Source: Macrostomum lignano (taxonomy: Eukaryota). From it: DNA of 64,000 nucleotides. Positions 57,462 through 64,000 of this stretch are shown here, piece after piece. Numbering within the stretch: position 1 is the stretch's first letter; each line of letters starts with the position of its first letter. Made by a program: the position numbers and the translations under genes. The notes beneath the pieces were generated by a model, which was not told where the DNA came from, searched no databases, and saw only the letters and a list, made by a program, of their open reading frames with translations. Where the stretch lies: the NCBI GenBank assembly GCA_002269645.1, contig NIVC01001416.1, positions 62,001 to 126,000 of the forward strand, in the 5' to 3' direction.

Positions 57462-60400
57462 ACCCGCAGGTACTTGCAGCCAGCCCTCAAGCAGTTACGC
57501 CATTGTACCTGCCTCTTGGATGGATTTTGTCTGCAACCCGGTCGTAGCTTGGGTAGTCCTACCGGCAGAATTTCTCACCACGTTTCTGAAGAAACTCTGC
57601 GATGCGCTCCCACAAAGTGGCCAGCTAGGCCAGTATTGAGAAATATCAGTTTTGGGCCTTTTTTAGTATTACCAATACTGGTATTAGGGTCCATGTCCAG
57701 TATTGGTCTAAAATTATGTCTGTATTTTTACAAATTTGCAATTTTTTGTTTAAATTGCATTTTCCTAGAAATAAAATAATGCTTTAGCTTCAGCTTTTTA
57801 GATTTTTGGGTCCATACATGAGCAACCTCCAAAATTAGGAGGGAGGAGCTATACACTCTTTGTAGAGGAAAAGGGGAAATAGAGAAAAGACTGTATGTTT
57901 CTAAATGAACAAGGCTGACTCAGTTGCTATTTTTAGACTATGATTAGTGCTAAGGCCTAATAGCAATCGCCAGAACAGGGCAGTCAAGCACAAGTTGTTC
58001 TTTCTCACAGTATATTAGCTCATATTTATCATAATTTTACTAAATATGGCAGGCAATTATTAATAAAATTTAAGCAATAGTATATATTTAGTAAGCATAA
58101 TAAAGCAAAGCAACATATTTAACCAATTAATAAGGAAAAATAGAATTAAAACTATGAGTAAAAGATACATTATTTTTTATGATCTATTTAATGAACAATA
58201 TAACTATATTAAGGCAAATATGATAAGGCAATCAATAAGGTAAGGCTAGTAAAAATGCTACTAAACTGATAACTACTATACAAACAATTACTATTATTCC
58301 ATAAATTGATTAGATTTAAAAGTCATGACAATTTAGTAAATGATTTACAATGCATTCAAAAGATAGACAATAAGAAAATAATAGGAAAAATGCAATAAAA
58401 TTTGACTTTTTGAAATTTGAAAGCCAAAATATGAAAAAAGCTATTAAATACTAGTATTCAAAACCAATATTGGCAAAATTCTGGTATTGAATAGCGGGAT
58501 CCTGGTTTTGGGCAAGTCTGGTATTTTAGCATCCATAGTTATGGGATTATAGGATTATGGCTCATAAATGAAAAAGGCAATTTAGGATGGGATAACATAT
58601 GGCACATCTTGAAGAAAAGCAGGGGTGCTTGAGCAGTTGTAAGCACATTGCACTTAAATAAGTTAGATTGAGGCTTTAGGAGACTTTGAGGCTTTAGAAG
58701 AAGTGGAGCATTAAGAATTGAGTTTATAGAACATGGGTTGGGGCACTAATTCCTATAAACTCAGAAGGGTAGGGTTGACATTTGGTCTTGGTTGCATTTG
58801 ATTGGACAAGAAATAAAGATGCAGGCCTATTAGCCAAAGGCTACTAGCTGATTGACAAGCAGTAAGGTATGCATATTGTTACTAAAATATTTATACTTGG
58901 TATTTGAATCAGTTTTGTCAGATATTTGAATTGAATTAAATCAATTAAAAAATCTCATTTCATCCCATTTCTAGGCCTACTGTTAACTTTTATAGGGCCT
59001 ATTGTATAATTTATATCTGGCAAGTTCTATTTGGAGACATATTGCCTAATAGAACTTTCTATTATAGGACTAAAGAACAATATTGCCTATTGGATATAAA
59101 TCAAATTCAACAGCTAGGCCTACCATAGTCAGGAAGGTATATATTGTGTACCAAAGTCAATTTTCCCTATATAGGCAACTAGTTTTGGTAAAAGGTTTGG
59201 CAATAATATAATCTATTATATAATCAATTATAAAAGTAAATATTATATATATTCACATTGTTTAAGATAGTCATTAGTTATATATAGTCTAAAGGCTATA
59301 GTTTGGAATGACATATATACTAGAATTTCCTAGTGTACAACAAGAGTACTTGCCATTTTTAGCATAAATCAATATATATCTTGGCATATATGACATGTAC
59401 ATGTATACATGATACCCCTTTAAATATATTTAACCTTGACCTATATAAGGAAAACATTTTTTAGTCCCAGGCATACAAACAAAGCCCCATACTTTTTTCC
59501 TAATATATACTAATATACAATCTAAACTATGGTCTAAAGGTTGTAAATGTCAGTTAGGGTCCTACATGTCAAAAGGTCAAATTTTGTTTTAATTTTTTTA
59601 AATGTCATCTTTATTATTAAATACTATCATTATGCAAAATAGTGCTAACATGTTTGTAAATTGCATAGATATTATAAGGGGTATCCAAATAGTCTTAAGA
59701 CTTTTTCACATTACTCTTTTTAATAGTCAGCAAGAGTAACAGCAACTGGTTTATTTCATAGCAGCTTTATTTACTAATAAACTCAATGAAAACATTTCAA
59801 AAATATCATAAACTTTAAAAGTTATGCTTCCTTAACTGCAATGGGCTACTGCATTTCAATATATGAATAAGAACTGAAACTGAACTACAATTTTGAAATC
59901 TCAGACATTAAGCAAATTCAAACTTGTGTGAAAAATCTCTAGCGTATGCCATATCATCACTCTCTATATCTATGGTACAAGCTTCATATGCTTACTGCTA
60001 GTGTGGCAATTTGAAAATGAAAGGCAGTTTTCATGCCAACTATGATTGCATTGAGCAGGAAGTGCAATGGGTTCTTGTCCACAAAATGCTAAGACAAGCA
60101 TATGCAGATGCCATTGATGGCATGCTTACCCTATGGAAGAAATGCATCCAACAGAGAGTGACAAATTGAAAAGTTTTTTTGAAAGACAACTGACTTACTG
60201 TTTCATGGTGCTCCATATGCAGCATCCAAGTTGCTGTTCATATATTAAGATGAAATATCCCACTGCAGTTAAAGAGGCATAAATTTTGAAAAGTTTGTAT
60301 ATTTTCAAAATTCTTTCATTGTGTCATTAGTAAATAAAGCCACTATGAAATAAACCAGTTGCTGTTACTCTTGCTGACTATTAAAAAGAGTAATGTGAAA

Positions 60401-60727
60401 AAAGTATTTTTGCACTTTTTGACTTTTTGGATGCCCCTCATGCAGTCTAAACATGCAGTCGAAAGAGTCATGCAACATGTAGTCAAGCATCATCCTGTCA
60501 GGCTCTAGCTTTGACTGCAATTTTCCTGGGCTTGTTGCATACCCTACAGACATTCAATGTTTTAAGTCTGACTTTTAAGTGAGTTTTTCTTGTAGCCAGT
60601 TTTTAGTAGCTATTTTGTTAATGGCCATTTTTGATTTAATTGTAAAATTATGGAATAATAGCTATTTTAGCAGAGTTATAGCTTAAACAATAATACTTTT
60701 GTTCCATTCAAAGTATATATAGACCAA

Positions 60728-61036
60728 CATACATGTGCAACAGTCGGCCAATTCAGCCAAGTTGGCCAATCTGGCCGACTGATTTAGTGGCCAACCAAGT
60801 AAGTTGCAAAAATGCCCACCTGAAAAAACACCCAAGTAATAGTACTAAGTAGCTGATAAGGCATTTTGGCTTAATAAGACAGTCATAGTTACTTCTGCCA
60901 TTTACCCAAAGTTGTGTTGATTTCACTTTAGGGTTTTTTTTTACATATAAGTGACATTTTTGGCCAAAAACTATGTCGCATTTTTGTTAAAACTAAGTTG
61001 CATGGCCAACCAAATTTTGGAGATTGGGCATGTATG
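60728..61036 (+). mobile_element. hAT-type MITE, copy 1
   Basis: TIR catacatg...catgtatg; exact 8-bp TSD tagaccaa. Confidence 0.9.
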
Positions 61037-61370
61037 TAGACCAATTTTTTTTAGAGCTAAGAGTATATAGTTATTATACCCCCTAGGACTAAAAACTTAA
61101 GAAATGGCTATGGATTAATAGGTCAACAATGAATAAATAAGTATTCTATTGGGTTAAAAAATATTTGTATATCCTAGCTTGTAAGGGGAATGGTTTTGTG
61201 GAGCCACAGTGTAGAATGTTGCTAATGCAAAGTAAATATAAAAAATTAAAGAGTTAGTTAAAATGGAGAAAAGAAGAAGAAGAAAAAGCCCATTTATTGT
61301 AGGGTTTTTCTAGATAATAGGGGGGCTCTTCATAATAGACAAGGTATTTTGGTATCTGGAATAAGCTAAA

Positions 61371-61665
61371 CATACATGTGCCACCTCCAAGATTTGGTTG
61401 GCCATGCAACTTAGTTTTAACAAAAAATGTGACAGTTTTTGGCCAATAATGTGGCTTACATGTAAAAAAACCCTAATGCAGAATTAACGCAACTTTAGGT
61501 GAACAGCAGGAGTAACTATGACTATCCTATTAAGGTAAAATGCCTCATTATCTACTTAGTACTACTTGGGTATTTATTTGGGTGGGCATTTTTGTGACTT
61601 ACCTTGGTTGGCCACCAAATCGGTCAGCCAGATTGGCTGACTTGGCCGACTGTTGCGCATGTATG
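61371..61665 (-). mobile_element. hAT-type MITE, copy 2 (inverted relative to copy 1)
   Basis: Same TIR and body in reverse orientation; exact 8-bp TSD aagctaaa. Confidence 0.9.
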
Positions 61666-64000
61666 AAGCTAAAGGTAATAGGCATTGGGGCAAGGAGGAT
61701 TAGGTATAGTAAAAGGATCAGGGGTCTATTTGCTAGATGATCTAGGTCTAGGTATAGAATGATATGTTTAATCAGTTTCATTAGTAGCCCAATTACTTTA
61801 TATATAGAGAGCCCTAACAAAAAGTTAAAACAGTCTATTGATTTCAATTGTGCATTCCTTTGCATCAGGTGTCAATGGCAGCTAGCAGCTTGGCCTCTAT
61901 GTCTTGTAAGGCAAGCACCATATTGAGCTCTAGCTGTGGCATCTTGGGCTAGTATCATTGTTTGGCTAGCTTTAGCCTTGGTATTATGGTAGGGCAGCTC
62001 CAGGGCTAGGGACAACCACTAGTTATGGGTGGCCATTAGCATACAGAATAGCTCTAGTTGCAGGCTGGCCAATGGCCTTCTGGCATAGAAAAATGGCATA
62101 GAGGTGATCTTTGACTATTGAAATTTCTATAGTATAAGCAGCAGTCAAAGCTTTATATCATCTAGTAAGCTAGGTCTTACTATAAACAGTCACTTGGTAT
62201 TTTGTTGGTCTTCTAACTGGCCTCCAGCTCCTATAGCAGTAGTTAGACTAGCTGTTAGGCAGGAATGGATGTAGGCAATTGAAGCACCTAGACTGGGTCT
62301 TATCTGTGAGAGCCCCCCCCCCTGTTGTACTCTTTCCTGTTGTACTAGAGTTAGGAATTAGTGGCATGCAATATAGCATTACAGGTATACTATGCTTGGC
62401 TCAGAGTCTATAGGGGTCTATTAAGTCAGGCTAGACTATGGTTGGCTAATCTATAGTAGTCTACCTGCTGGGTCTAGTCGAGGCGGTTGAAAAATAAGTT
62501 CTTATAGGTCTAAGTGATGAAGTGGTGGTTTTTTTGGTTGGACCCTCTAATAAAATAATTTGACCATTGATAGATCTCTCTGATTGAATCAAAGTCCAAT
62601 GAAAAGAATATTACATACATAGGAATAAATGTAAATTGAAATAAATAATAAAATACAATACATAGTGGTAGCTCTACTATGATATAACAATATATTGGCT
62701 TCTTAGCTTTTTCTTAGAAGAGAATCCTATATACTAAAAATGAGTTGTAATAATTTCACTAAAAGGCTATCAAAAGTTGTCCTAGGGTTTGGTTTTATCT
62801 AGTGTACACTTATATTCTATTGTTGCTACCATGCTAGAGGTTATTTTTTCTATCTCTGAAATACTCATCACTGTTGACACTAAATATTATTGACACCAAT
62901 ACAATTCAATTTTCACAAGCTGATGCTAGACTGGCTGAGCGGCTTGACTATCAATAAGCCATCTAACTACCTAGTATGTTTCACTAGACACCAGCTATTC
63001 AGTCTGATATTGCAGCCTGACTATATCAATATATAAACTATATAAATATCAACAATATATATAAAACTTGTTTTGTTTAAAACTCTTATTTTTGAGACAT
63101 TTATTGAGTTAAGATAACTTGTTTATAACCATAATCAACTTTTAACTTTAAGATTATACATTAACAGATGAATGTGGCATTTTCAGATTTTTTCTAGCTG
63201 TAAAATATTTCATATTTTAGTGGCAGATACTTTTGACAAAAAAGTCTTAAGCTAAAGGGCTAAAGTCAAGATGAATACTGTCTTATTCAAAGTCAGTGAA
63301 GCCATTTAAACATAGGCCTACCGTTTCCAACCCCTAGGGAATGAAAAACAGTTATTTGCTATAGATATTATTTACTATAGCCTGTTTTATAAACTATGTG
63401 GCAATTTTTCAATAGGATTATTCACAAAAATTTCTTTTTCTTTGGTGCTTTCGAAATATTATTGAAATTGCATTACATTTCTTTATACAGCAGCTTTATA
63501 AAGCTCCTTCAATCAGAGTCAGAACAAGGGTCTTGCACCTCCCAGAAGCAGCTCCGAAGGGGTAGTGTCTCATTTGCCTTTGGCTTTGTCTCTGTGTGCC
63601 CTGCGATGTCCACAAAACAACAGGCGAGTCTCCTCTTTGATGATACAGTGTAGTGCAAGGATTTGCATCTGTTTCTGGGTAGAAATGGGTCCAGCATACG
63701 TAGGTTCCAATTGTGCTAACAGCACTCTTATAAACAACTTCATGGCATATGACACAAGGAAGATCCCATGATGCTCCTATTTCTATGTAGTCATAGCACT
63801 TTGATGGGTAACTTGTCTAGGTTAGTGGCGTGACCACCAGGCTAGTGCGATGCAAGTGAACTGCACTATGTTTAGTTGCTGGTCGCTTGGCTGGGTCACT
63901 TGGCTTGTACTTTTTGTGTACTTTTGTGTACTTTTAGCTTGAAAGTATCGGGTTAAAGTTAAATAATGATCAGGCCACAATTTATCTGAAAAAGATCTAC

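Noticed and set aside
1-64000. CRISPR arrays among the many tandem repeats
   Set aside because: Arrays are head-to-tail units with no unique spacers, no cas genes are present, and the context is eukaryotic.
1-64000. Hammerhead ribozyme cores (CTGATGA...GAAA)
   Set aside because: Hits inspected by eye (e.g. ~2045, ~10305, ~13610, ~23143) lack a stem II plus GAAA; an Infernal search would be needed to exclude others.

Overview
Eukaryotic (metazoan) genomic DNA with GT-AG introns. GC-rich exons and dense minisatellites resemble the flatworm Macrostomum, but the organism is inferred from style only. No rRNA, tRNA, CRISPR or prokaryotic features are supported. Genes reconstructed by hand: a 2-exon ADISSP/C20orf27 ortholog (+); a 3-exon coiled-coil gene and an intronless low-complexity gene with 8 DFPDPPLP repeats (both -, operon-like spacing); an intronless His/Gln-rich gene (-); and two related minus-strand surface-protein genes. 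Gene A has 7 exons (917 aa): signal peptide, ~7 FN3, TM, Tyr-motif tail. Gene B has at least 6 exons: the same signal/FN3/FN3 head, 2 more FN3, then non-canonical C-type lectin domains; its paralogous exon1/2 junction reads TGA. Mobile DNA: a degenerate Ty3/Gypsy element with an asymmetric LTR pair, Copia and RTE fragments, a spliced hAT-like transposase remnant, MITEs with clean 8- and 9-bp TSDs, and an unclassified ~7.6-kb block. The best candidate for a new system is the modular FN3/lectin receptor pair built from phase-1 exon cassettes, whose introns hold private minisatellites (one is an array of decoy splice donors). All coordinates and counts were read by eye and may be off by a few bases.
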